Shown piece by piece: positions 1-9,682 of a stretch of 64,000 nucleotides of DNA (its first letter is position 1; every line of letters begins with the position of its first letter). Under the pieces are notes generated by a model. The model searched no databases. It was not told the DNA's origin and was given only the letters and a program-made list of their open reading frames with translations. Made by a program: the position numbers and the translations under genes. The stretch lies in contig CP060768.1 of assembly GCA_023205875.1 (NCBI GenBank), positions 1 to 64,000 of the forward strand. Reading direction: 5' to 3'. The DNA comes from Chloropicon primus (Eukaryota).

Positions 1-310
1 AAACCTAAAACCTAAAACCTAAAACCTAAAACCTAAAACCTAAAAACCCAAAACCTAAAAACCTAAAACCCAAAACCTAAAAACCTAAAACCTAAAACCT
101 AAAACCTAAAACCTAAAACCTAAAACCTAAAACCTAAAACCTAAAACCTAAAACCTAAAAACCTAAAAACCTAAAAACCTAAAACCTAAAACCTAAAACC
201 TAAAACCTAAACCTAAAACCTAAAACCTAAACTAAAACCTAAACCCCTAAAACCTAAACCTAAAACCTAAAACCTAAACCTAAACCTACAAACCTACAAG
301 CCTAAACCTA
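1..310. repeat. Telomere, (CCTAAAA)n = (TTTTAGG)n on the minus strand
   Basis: Tandem CCTAAAA units from base 1, with variants (CCTAAAAA, CCCAAAA, CCTAAA, CCTACAAA) that become denser towards 310. The C-rich strand at the 5' end marks a left chromosome end. Confidence 0.97.
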
Positions 311-812
311 AGGAAGGACGACCTGGCCAAGGAAAGGAGCCGGGGAACAAAAGAAGCCTAAGAGAAAGACACCGTCGCATCATCCAACCTTTCCGTGGTG
401 CCTCCAAGTCACCGCGTTTCCTAAAGCCTTGGGAGTCCTAAAACCTAACGCCTAAAAGGCCCTCTCGTGGGTCCGAAGTGCCTTGAGTAGGGTTTGCCCG
501 AGGAAGGAAGGAAGGACGACCTGGCCAAGGAAAGGAGCCGGAGAACAAAAGAAGCCTAAGAGAAAGACACCGTCGCATCATCCAACCTTTCCGTGGTGCC
601 TCCAAGTCACCGCGTTTCCTAAAGCCTTGGGAGTCCTAAAACCTAACGCCTAAAAGGCCCTCTCGTGGGTCCGAAGTGCCTTGAGTAGGGTTTGCCCGAG
701 GAAGGAAGGAAGGACGACCTGGCCAAGGAAAGGAGCCGGAGAACAAAAGAAGCCTAAGTGAAAGACACCGTCGCATCATCCAAGCTTGCCGTGATGCTTC
801 CAAGCCACCGCA
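311..812. repeat. Subtelomeric tandem repeat, 198-bp unit, ~2.5 copies
   Basis: ACCTGGCC recurs at 321, 519 and 717 (exact 198-bp period). Units 1 and 2 are almost identical; unit 3 diverges and ends near 812. Full units contain a telomere-like CCTAAAACCTAACGCCTAAAA. Confidence 0.95.
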
Positions 813-1963
813 CTTTTTCCTTCTGGTATAGGTTTTAAGTGTGATCTGGGTTTTAGTCGGCCCTAAACCAGGTCGCATAAGACGACGGATTCCAGCGGAA
901 AAGTGGATCAGGGTAAGGTTTACGATTGGACCTCGTTATTCTCTGGTGCCCTAGATTGCACTCCACCCGGAACAAGTCTCTTCATCACGGCCTTCATTCA
1001 CACAACATCATCATCATCCATGGAGGGCTGTGGTTTGGGTTTTAGTGGTCCGACAGATGGACCTCTACAGGTTCAAGGACGACGGGAACATACACAATAT
1101 TAGAGGAGTATCCAAATATAAAATACAAACCCCTTTTGACAAAGTTTCACAGCCATCGGACACGAACTGGATCCGTCACTCCATTATTCGTACCAAAAAA
1201 TAGGCCCAAAAATGGACAATAATAGCAACAGAATCACTTAATACACACCTACATTACATAATCAAGTGAAGCATGAACCAAACACAGATGATCCAAGCCA
1301 CGCAAAACTACCCACATCAACTTCTCCCTGCCTCGTTTCCTATCCCAACCCCCTGCATCAACCTCAACACCTCTCCTCCCCCACCCCTGGACGCCGGTGC
1401 CCGGACCCGATCTGGGCTCGGCCCCCCCTCCTCCCATTCAGTGTGATCGAGCAAGGCGATTGTGACGAACGCATTCCAATAACTCCAATTGGACCACAGA
1501 AACCCCAAAACACCTCAAAACCAATCATCTGCTTCCCCGATAGTGTCCTCAAGCCCCTTCACCGGCCCCCCATCAGCTCCCCAATGAGGTTCTCCAAGCC
1601 CAATCACGAAATGCCACAAAAGCCACCGATGAACCCAACACACAGAAGCATTCCAACACCATCATAACAACCCAAGATCGCCTCCTCCCCTCTCCTCCCC
1701 TTCTTCTCTCCCCCATCACCCCCACAGGCTTGGCTGGGCGTGTGACCCATGCATTGTGTCAGTCCGCGGGCCGGGGCCAGCAAGTGGAGCAGAACTACTG
1801 AAGTGGCACGAACAAGTCACTCGAAACCACAGAAATGCGCTTCGACCCACTCATAGGCCCTCAACATTCCCCTCCCCTCCCCTCCCACACTCCTGCTTTG
1901 CCCCAAATAAAAGAAACGTTACATTCTTGCGAGAATATATACATCTATGAATAAAATTAGAAA

Positions 1964-3334
1964 TCAGCAGCCGAAGATCTTTCCCGCGAGCGCGTTCTCC
2001 TTGGTTGGGGTCACCGTGATGACAGGAACCCCGCCGTAGTAGCCCTCCGCGAGCTTTTGGGCAGAGTACCTTGCGTACTCTCCGTAATCGGAAGGGAAGG
2101 GGTTGTCCTCCGCCCCATCCGCATCCTGGGCGAGCGAGTTGCCAATCCACGTGTCAAAATAATCGCCAAAATGGAAAACGGCCTGGACTCCCTGAGGGGT
2201 GTTCGCCTCCACAGGAATGGAAATTTCATTCCACAGCCCGATGCTCGGGCCGTCGACGCTTGGACTCTTCATCGTGCTGATCTCGTGCTGGGCGTCGATG
2301 GAGCTCATGAAGTCCTCGGGCTTCCAGGTGCACGCGCCCATCCAATCGAGGGGCCTACCCGAGCAGAACCCCTCCGCGACGCACGGGTCCACGTCGTCAT
2401 CGATGCAGTACTCGTGACCTAAACCCTCCCGGATGACCGTGCTGTTGATGTCCCAGCTGCCAACCTCGTTAATCACCCCGAAGGAACCGAACTTGCCTGC
2501 GCTCACGATGTTCTTGGGGTCGGCGATGAACGCGCGGCAGGCCGCCATGCTTGGATCGACTGGGGTCACCGCCGGCCAATTCAGGGGGGTGTCCCCGCCA
2601 TCTAGCGTGCGGCAGGTCTTGTTGAAGGGACCCTCCGCAAAGTCCTCGCCGGCCTTCCAATTCATCTGGTCCCAACCCGAAACTGCCTTGTAGTACTGCT
2701 TGAGCGCATCCGCGGCGGCGTACTCGACGGTGGCGTTGGTGGTGGTGGCGTTGGTGGCCGAAAAGTGCTCCTGGATTTTTCTGAACAGGCTGTCCTGTCC
2801 ATACAGAGCGCTGTTCCTGATCGGGCCGCAGCCGGGGTTGCCGTCCTCGTCCTCCTGGCGCCCCGAGCTGCTCATGTCGGTGGGGCTGGAGCAGTGGACT
2901 TGAACCTGCTCAAAAGCGGGGTCGTAAATCACTCCGACGGCGGCCACATACACTGGGAAGGGCGAGAAGGTATCCGCCTCCACGAGGTCCCTGGCGCGGT
3001 CTGTCAGTCCAACCCACGACGCAGCGAGGTGATCCATGGGGAACTCATCCGTGCAGGGACCGTAGACGTCGGGGTAACCCTGAGGATTGCACATGCTGAG
3101 GAGAATGCCGTTGGAGGTCATCCATTCACGGAGCTCGTCCCTCGCCTCCTGGCCCGTCGCGCTCGTGTTAAACCTGCTGGAGCCAACTGCGTAACGCTCG
3201 TTCAGTTTCGCCGCCATCGTCAAACAACTTTCGGTTGCGTTGTCTGCCGGCGCTGCGGTCGCGACCGCGAGGCACGCGAGGAGGGCCACTGCGCCAACGA
3301 CCTTCATCTTCGCCTTCGTCATCGTGATCATCAT
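1964..3334 (-). CDS. Secreted Cys/acidic-rich protein of unknown function (copy 1, intact, ~456 aa)
   Basis: Long ORF with GC3-rich codons; signal peptide MKVVGAVALLACLAVATA; several N-x-S/T sequons. First ATG at 3334 (the ORF track starts at TTG 3346). Confidence 0.8.
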   Translation of the reverse strand: MMITMTKAKMKVVGAVALLACLAVATAAPADNATESCLTMAAKLNERYAVGSSRFNTSATGQEARDELREWMTSNGILLSMCNPQGYPDVYGPCTDEFPMDHLAASWVGLTDRARDLVEADTFSPFPVYVAAVGVIYDPAFEQVQVHCSSPTDMSSSGRQEDEDGNPGCGPIRNSALYGQDSLFRKIQEHFSATNATTTNATVEYAAADALKQYYKAVSGWDQMNWKAGEDFAEGPFNKTCRTLDGGDTPLNWPAVTPVDPSMAACRAFIADPKNIVSAGKFGSFGVINEVGSWDINSTVIREGLGHEYCIDDDVDPCVAEGFCSGRPLDWMGACTWKPEDFMSSIDAQHEISTMKSPSVDGPSIGLWNEISIPVEANTPQGVQAVFHFGDYFDTWIGNSLAQDADGAEDNPFPSDYGEYARYSAQKLAEGYYGGVPVITVTPTKENALAGKIFGC

Positions 3335-4324
3335 CGTGGTCGCCAAGTTCGCCGAATGAATGAATGAGCCGATGCGATGAGCGGCGCTTGCTGGCGGGGC
3401 CGTCCGTCCCCATCATCCTCCCGGGGTCACGCCTTTGGTCTCGGATCAATGGACGGAGGACATCTACAGGAGGACGACGGGAACGCCGTATTAGAGAGTA
3501 TCCAAATATAAAATACAAACCCCTTTTGACAAAGTTTCACAGCCATCGGACACGAACTGGATCCGTCACTCCATTATTCGTACCAGAATAGGCCCAAAAA
3601 TGGACAATAATAGCAACAGAATCACTTAATACACACCTACATTACATAATCAAGTGAAGCATGAACCAAACACAGATGATCCAAGCCACGCAAAACTACC
3701 CACATCAACTTCTCCCTGCCTCGTTTCCTATCCCAACCCCCTGCATCAACCTCAACACCTCTCCTCCCCCACCCCTGGACGCCGGTGCCCGGACCCGATC
3801 TGGGCTCGGCCCCCCCTCCTCCCATTCAGTGTGATCGAGCAAGGCGATTGTGACGAACGCATTCCAATAACTCCAATTGGACCACAGAAACCCCAAAACA
3901 CCTCAAAACCAATCATCTGCTTCCCCGATAGTGTCCTCAAGCCCCTTCACCGGCCCCCCATCAGCTCCCCAATGAGGTTCTCCAAGCCCAATCACGAAAT
4001 GCCACAAAAGCCACCGATGAACCCAACACACAGAAGCATTCCAACACCATCATAACAACCCAAGATCGCCTCCTCCCCTCTCCTCCCCTTCTTCTCTCCC
4101 CATCACCCCCACAGGCTTGGCTGGGCGTGTGACCCAAGCATTGTGTCAGTCCGCGGGCCGGGGCCAAAGTGGAGCAGAACTACTGAAGTGGCACGAACAA
4201 GTCACTCGAAACCACAGAAATGCGCTTCGACCCACTCATAGGCCCTCAACATTCCCCCTCCCCTCCCACACTCCTGCTTTGCCCCAAATAAAAGAAACGT
4301 TACATTCTTGCGAGAATATATACA

Positions 4325-5694
4325 TCAGCAGCCGAAGATCTTTCCCGCGAGCGCGTTCTCCTTGGTTGGGGTCACCGTGATGACAGGAACCCCGCCGTAG
4401 TAGCCCTCCGCGAGCTTTTGGGCAGAGTACCTTGCGTACTCTCCGTAATCGGAAGGGAAGGGGTTGTCCTCCGCCCCATCCGCATCCTGGGCGAGCGAGT
4501 TGCCAATCCACGTGTCAAAATAATCGCCAAATGGAAAACGGCCTGGACTCCCTGAGGGGTGTTCGCCTCCACAGGAATGGAAATTTCATTCCACAGCCCG
4601 ATGCTCGGGCCGTCGACGCTTGGACTCTTCATCGTGCTGATCTCGTGCTGGGCGTCGATGGAGCTCATGAAGTCCTCGGGCTTCCAGGTGCACGCGCCCA
4701 TCCAATCGAGGGGCCTACCCGAGCAGAACCCCTCCGCGACGCACGGGTCCACGTCGTCATCGATGCAGTACTCGTGACCTAAACCCTCCCGGATGACCGT
4801 GCTGTTGATGTCCCAGCTGCCAACCTCGTTAATCACCCCGAAGGAACCGAACTTGCCTGCGCTCACGATGTTCTTGGGGTCGGCGATGAACGCGCGGCAG
4901 GCCGCCATGCTTGGATCGACTGGGGTCACCGCCGGCCAATTCAGGGGGGTGTCCCCGCCATCTAGCGTGCGGCAGGTCTTGTTGAAGGGACCCTCCGCAA
5001 AGTCCTCGCCGGCCTTCCAATTCATCTGGTCCCAACCCGAAACTGCCTTGTAGTACTGCTTGAGCGCATCCGCGGCGGCGTACTCGACGGTGGCGTTGGT
5101 GGTGGTGGCGTTGGTGGCCGAAAAGTGCTCCTGGATTTTTCTGAACAGGCTGTCCTGTCCATACAGAGCGCTGTTCCTGATCGGGCCGCAGCCGGGGTTG
5201 CCGTCCTCGTCCTCCTGGCGCCCCGAGCTGCTCATGTCGGTGGGGCTGGAGCAGTGGACTTGAACCTGCTCAAAAGCGGGGTCGTAAATCACTCCGACGG
5301 CGGCCACATACACTGGGAAGGGCGAGAAGGTATCCGCCTCCACGAGGTCCCTGGCGCGGTCTGTCAGTCCAACCCACGACGCAGCGAGGTGATCCATGGG
5401 GAACTCATCCGTGCAGGGACCGTAGACGTCGGGGTAACCCTGAGGATTGCACATGCTGAGGAGAATGCCGTTGGAGGTCATCCATTCACGGAGCTCGTCC
5501 CTCGCCTCCTGGCCCGTCGCGCTCGTGTTAAACCTGCTGGAGCCAACTGCGTAACGCTCGTTCAGTTTCGCCGCCATCGTCAAACAACTTTCGGTTGCGT
5601 TGTCTGCCGGCGCTGCGGTCGCGACCGCGAGGCACGCGAGGAGGGCCACTGCGCCAACGACCTTCATCTTCGCCTTCGTCATCGTGATCATCAT
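4325..5694 (-). pseudogene. Copy 2 of the secreted-protein gene, frameshifted near the C-terminus (or a homopolymer sequencing error)
   Basis: Same sequence as 1964-3334 except CGCCAAATGG instead of CGCCAAAATGG at ~4530, which shifts the last ~68 codons. Confidence 0.65.
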
Positions 5695-6754
5695 CGTGGT
5701 CGCCAAGTTCGCCGAATGAATGAATGAGCCGATGCGATGAGCGGCGCTTGCTGGCGGGGCCGTCCGTCCCCATCTCCCTCCCGGGGTCACGCCTTTTGGT
5801 CTCGGATCAATGGACGGAGGACGCCGAGGAGGAGGACGCCGAGGAGCGCCGTGGGTTGAACAGAGTCTCAAACGGAAGCACAGGAGTCTCGGCACAACGT
5901 TTCGCGGCCATCGGGCGCGACGCAGAGCCCGTTGCTGCACTCATCTTGGCCCAAAAGTGGACAACGAAAAGCAGCAGAGCGAGATGATCTGCGGATGCAT
6001 TACAACAATCGAGACACTGAGAACCACGCACAGGTGATCCAATCCACGAGAAGCAACCCACAAACACCTCTCCTTGCCTCCTCTCCCTTCCCACGACACT
6101 GGATCGTCCTCTTCTTGCCTCCTCAAGTCGTCGACACCGGTGTGCCGGCCCTCGCATGGCCACCCAACCTCCCTGTACTCTTCAAGCCCGAGGATCCCGT
6201 CCATGAGCACCACCTTTGGAGTGAGGCCAGCACAATGGTACCAGAGCATGTGCACGACGTTTCGCGCCCATCGGACACGAACTTCATCCGTTACTGCACT
6301 ACTTGTACCGTTCATCACAGAGCAGTAATGGGCAACACAAGCACAATACCAACCAATGTTACACTAATTCATTGCGACGTTCCGCAATCCATTCTCCGAC
6401 AGCCGCACGCTCACAGGCGCTCGAATCCACGATCCCCCTCCCTCCGACACGTCTTCTCTGGCCTCCCTCCTCTTCATTGTCCCCCAACACCCTTCTCTCC
6501 CGCCCGTCGACACCGGCGCCTCCCCGCTCTCTCCTCAAGCCATCCACTTCCACTTCCAACTCATCCCTGCTTGATCCAAGCCCCGTCCTCCCCTCCACCT
6601 CCACCGATGGATGGATGTCCTGGCACCTCCTCTGCTCCTCTGCTTCCTCCTCTGCTTCCTCCTCCTCTGCTCTGCTCTGCTTCCTCCTCTCGCGCGTCTC
6701 GAGACGGTGTCAGGTGTTGCTGGTGCTGCTGCTGTTGTTGTTGTTGTATCGGCG

Positions 6755-7303
6755 ATGTCTTCCGGACGCGGCGGCGGACACGTCCTGACGCCGGCGACCC
6801 TGGTGGGCGGGCTTGACCTCGAGTACTCGATCCACACGGTCCCCCTGGCGCAGAGGGACGACGTCCTGGCGGTGGTGTCCATGCTCAGCAAGGAGGAGGC
6901 CAAGGACCTCAAGGTGGTGGCGACGTGTCAGAGGGCGAGGGAGGACCTCGTGACGGTGGGTGAACAAGTCGAGAGGGAGAAGGACAGGCTCCTCCTGGTG
7001 TTCACCAGCTGGGCCAAGGCACTGTGCGCGTCCCTCGACAAGGACGGCCACTGGTGCGATTACATCGACCCCTGCAGCGGGCTCTTGATGGTTCACAAGG
7101 AGTCGCAAGCGGTGTACGATGAGGTCGCTGCTCTCAGCGTATTGCGGGGATACAAGTGCAGCAACGCGGGGTGCTGCAAGGTGGTCCTCCACCCCAACTG
7201 GGGAAGCTTCATCTACCCGGCAACGTTCCTCACCACGGCGCCTCACGACGTCCTGCTGAGGCACATTGGCGCCATCGAGGCCAAGGACCACGTCAAGGGG
7301 TGA
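6755..7303 (+). CDS. MMADHC/CblD-like cobalamin trafficking protein
   Basis: Motifs EREKDRLL..F..WA, GHWCDYIDPCSG and GCCKVVLHPNWGS..YPATFLTTAP match the MMADHC C-terminal domain. ATG 6755 chosen; an in-frame upstream ATG exists at 6611. Confidence 0.85.
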   Translation: MSSGRGGGHVLTPATLVGGLDLEYSIHTVPLAQRDDVLAVVSMLSKEEAKDLKVVATCQRAREDLVTVGEQVEREKDRLLLVFTSWAKALCASLDKDGHWCDYIDPCSGLLMVHKESQAVYDEVAALSVLRGYKCSNAGCCKVVLHPNWGSFIYPATFLTTAPHDVLLRHIGAIEAKDHVKG

Positions 7304-7446
7304 GGTGGAGCCGAGGCCAGAAGCCGGGCCTGGCCCGCTCCCCCTCGGTGTTCTGTATAACAGCACAACGATGATAGGACGAGTCATAGTAATAGTATAA
7401 TAGATAAAAAACGAACGGACGTCGTAGAAACCAACTTCCCTTTCCT

Positions 7447-9054
7447 TCACTTGGTGAGCTCCAGCCTGTCGATGGACTCCCCAGTCTCGCTGCTCACGAG
7501 CTCCCACCTGATCGCCGAGTCGTTGAGGATGTGGAGCATGCCGAAGGACTGCTCGTGGGTGTGGTGCGCGACGATGCTCATGTCGTCCTCCAGGGCTTCG
7601 GCGTCCCTCCTCGGGTCGTGGCGCGGGCCCCCCGTGAGCCAAGGCACCACCCTCTCGTACGCTGCCCTGCCGGCCTTGGACAGGACCGAGGCCACCCAGT
7701 CCCCCGCCCGCGCGAGGACGCCGCCGCCCCGCATGGGCCTATCGATCGCCCCCGGGGTTCCCGTGATGATGTTCACCAGCTTCCCCGCCCTGGCCTCCGG
7801 GGAGTAGTCCTTGACGGCCTCGCCGGCCTTGGCGGGGTAGGTCCGGAAGTAGCTGTGGATGTGGCCGCCCAGGAAGAGGTCGACGTCGTACTTGATCAGG
7901 AGGTCCTCCACGGCCTCGCGCATGGAGGACGCGTTCCCGTACAGGTACATGGGCCGGTGGGTTCCCGCGATCACCCAAGGCCTCAGCGTCCTGTTGGCCA
8001 CCGAGTTGGCCTGCTTGAGGTCCTCCTCGAGCCACTCCATGTACGCGTTGGGGTAGGGGTTGAAGTGGCCAGAGTCCAGGAGGTAGAACTCGTCGTGCTC
8101 GCCCTCCGCGGCACCGTAGTAGTCCGTCTCGCTGTCCAGGTTGACGAAGTGCACGGGCCCGTAGTTGAACGAGTACCACATGTTCATGATCCCCCCGCTC
8201 TCCTTGCTCGGCATCCGGTACCTGGCGTTGTACGCCGTGAAGTTGTGCAAAGAGTTCCTGAGCTCCGAGTCCAGGATGCACCTGATGGAGTGGCAGTCGC
8301 ACTCGTGGTTCCCGGCCAGCGTCATGTACGCCCTCGTGGCCGAGAAGAACTCCATGGATGCCATGTACTCGTCCAGGACCTTCTCGTACGCGAAGTCCAG
8401 GAAGAGCCAGTCGTCCTGGTACGCGATGTCCCCGAGGTGCCAGGCAAAGTCCACGGACGGGGACAACGCCTGCATCATCTCACGCGTCTTTTGGGAGCAG
8501 TTCCCCGCGCCCATGTCGCCCCAAACCGCGACAGTAAAGCCCTTGGCCCCAGCCCTCACGTCAGGCGCCGTCCGAAAGCTGTGCTCCTCGCTCAGCATGG
8601 AAGAGTCGTCCCCGGAAGAGTCATCCCCGCACCTGTAGTAGTACGTCGTGTCCGGCTCCAGTCCGGTGACCTCCACGTGGTGGTGCGTCGTCCCCCCGGC
8701 GAGGTACGTCACCTGACTCCCCGGTGCCGTGGACTCCACCCTGAGCGTCAGGTTGCCTTGCTCGGTGCCCAAGAGAACCACGGACTTGAGATCCTTTGGC
8801 TTGGGTCCCGTCGACCACGACACGGACACCCCAGTGGGCTGCCCAACTTCATCCGACCCCGCGAACGCAAGCCGTACAAGCGAAGGACCGCCACCAGGTG
8901 ACGTTGATGATGTTGACAATGTTGTTGTGTGGGAGTGTCTCTTGTTGGTTCTGACAGCGTTTGCCCTGGTGTGTCCCAGTGCCAGGAGGACGCACACGAG
9001 GAGGACAACCCCAACCCTGGCCCTGGTCCTGTTCCACACGTACCCGCCTCTCAT
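7447..9054 (-). CDS. Purple acid phosphatase (FN3-like N-domain plus metallophosphoesterase), secreted
   Basis: Metal-binding motifs GDMG, GDIAY, GNHE, GTHRPMY and GHIHSY; HHVEVTGLEPDTTYYYRCG N-domain; N-terminal hydrophobic signal. Confidence 0.92.
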   Translation of the reverse strand: MRGGYVWNRTRARVGVVLLVCVLLALGHTRANAVRTNKRHSHTTTLSTSSTSPGGGPSLVRLAFAGSDEVGQPTGVSVSWSTGPKPKDLKSVVLLGTEQGNLTLRVESTAPGSQVTYLAGGTTHHHVEVTGLEPDTTYYYRCGDDSSGDDSSMLSEEHSFRTAPDVRAGAKGFTVAVWGDMGAGNCSQKTREMMQALSPSVDFAWHLGDIAYQDDWLFLDFAYEKVLDEYMASMEFFSATRAYMTLAGNHECDCHSIRCILDSELRNSLHNFTAYNARYRMPSKESGGIMNMWYSFNYGPVHFVNLDSETDYYGAAEGEHDEFYLLDSGHFNPYPNAYMEWLEEDLKQANSVANRTLRPWVIAGTHRPMYLYGNASSMREAVEDLLIKYDVDLFLGGHIHSYFRTYPAKAGEAVKDYSPEARAGKLVNIITGTPGAIDRPMRGGGVLARAGDWVASVLSKAGRAAYERVVPWLTGGPRHDPRRDAEALEDDMSIVAHHTHEQSFGMLHILNDSAIRWELVSSETGESIDRLELTK

Positions 9055-9126
9055 CCTCCAACCCTCCTCTAACCCAATACCGAAGCTGCTGCTGCCGAAG
9101 CTGCTGCCGAAGCTGCTGCCGGGGGA

Positions 9127-9162
<36 letters not shown>

Positions 9163-9418
9163 TTGTGTGTTGGTGTACCTTGTTCCTCCCTTCCCTTCCC
9201 TTCTTCGGCAGCGGCAGGTTGTTTTGGTTCTGGTTCTGGTTGCTGTGTTCCAAGGTCTAATCTTTAGTGTATTATTCGTGTTGTGTATCGTTATTATAGT
9301 GTTATTGTGCTGTTCGTGTTGTTTTTCGGAGACGAAGCGGCCCCTCCTCCTCCACGAGGGTCACGGTCTCCAGCAGAACAAACGCGAAGAGCAAAGCGAC
9401 GAACGACGAAGACGCAAC

Positions 9419-9450
<32 letters not shown>

Positions 9451-9682
9451 GACGAGGACGACGGCGAGGAGAGGTACCCGCGGCGTACGCACCTGCACGA
9501 GGCGCGCGTGCAGTGAGTCCAGGAGGAGGAGGGGAGGGGATAACAAAGGAAAAAAGGAAAAAGGAAAAGGATTGGTTTGGATTCCGAGCTCGGGGGATTG
9601 GATTGGTTTTGATTGGATTCCCCTACCTACCGGATACTTTTAGGGAGGGAGGGGAGTGTTACGACGAGTGGAGTGGATCGGG

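Larger units (their letters stand above)
1098..5822. repeat. Near-identical tandem segmental duplication (~1098-3461 and ~3488-5822)
   Basis: Identical ORFs recur at offsets of 2388 then 2360. Only a few indels and substitutions differ, including a 20-bp deletion near 4326 and a 1-bp deletion near 4530 in copy 2. Confidence 0.95.

Noticed and set aside
311..812. Regularly spaced repeats as a CRISPR array
   Set aside because: Whole units repeat with no unique spacers; eukaryotic subtelomere; no cas genes.
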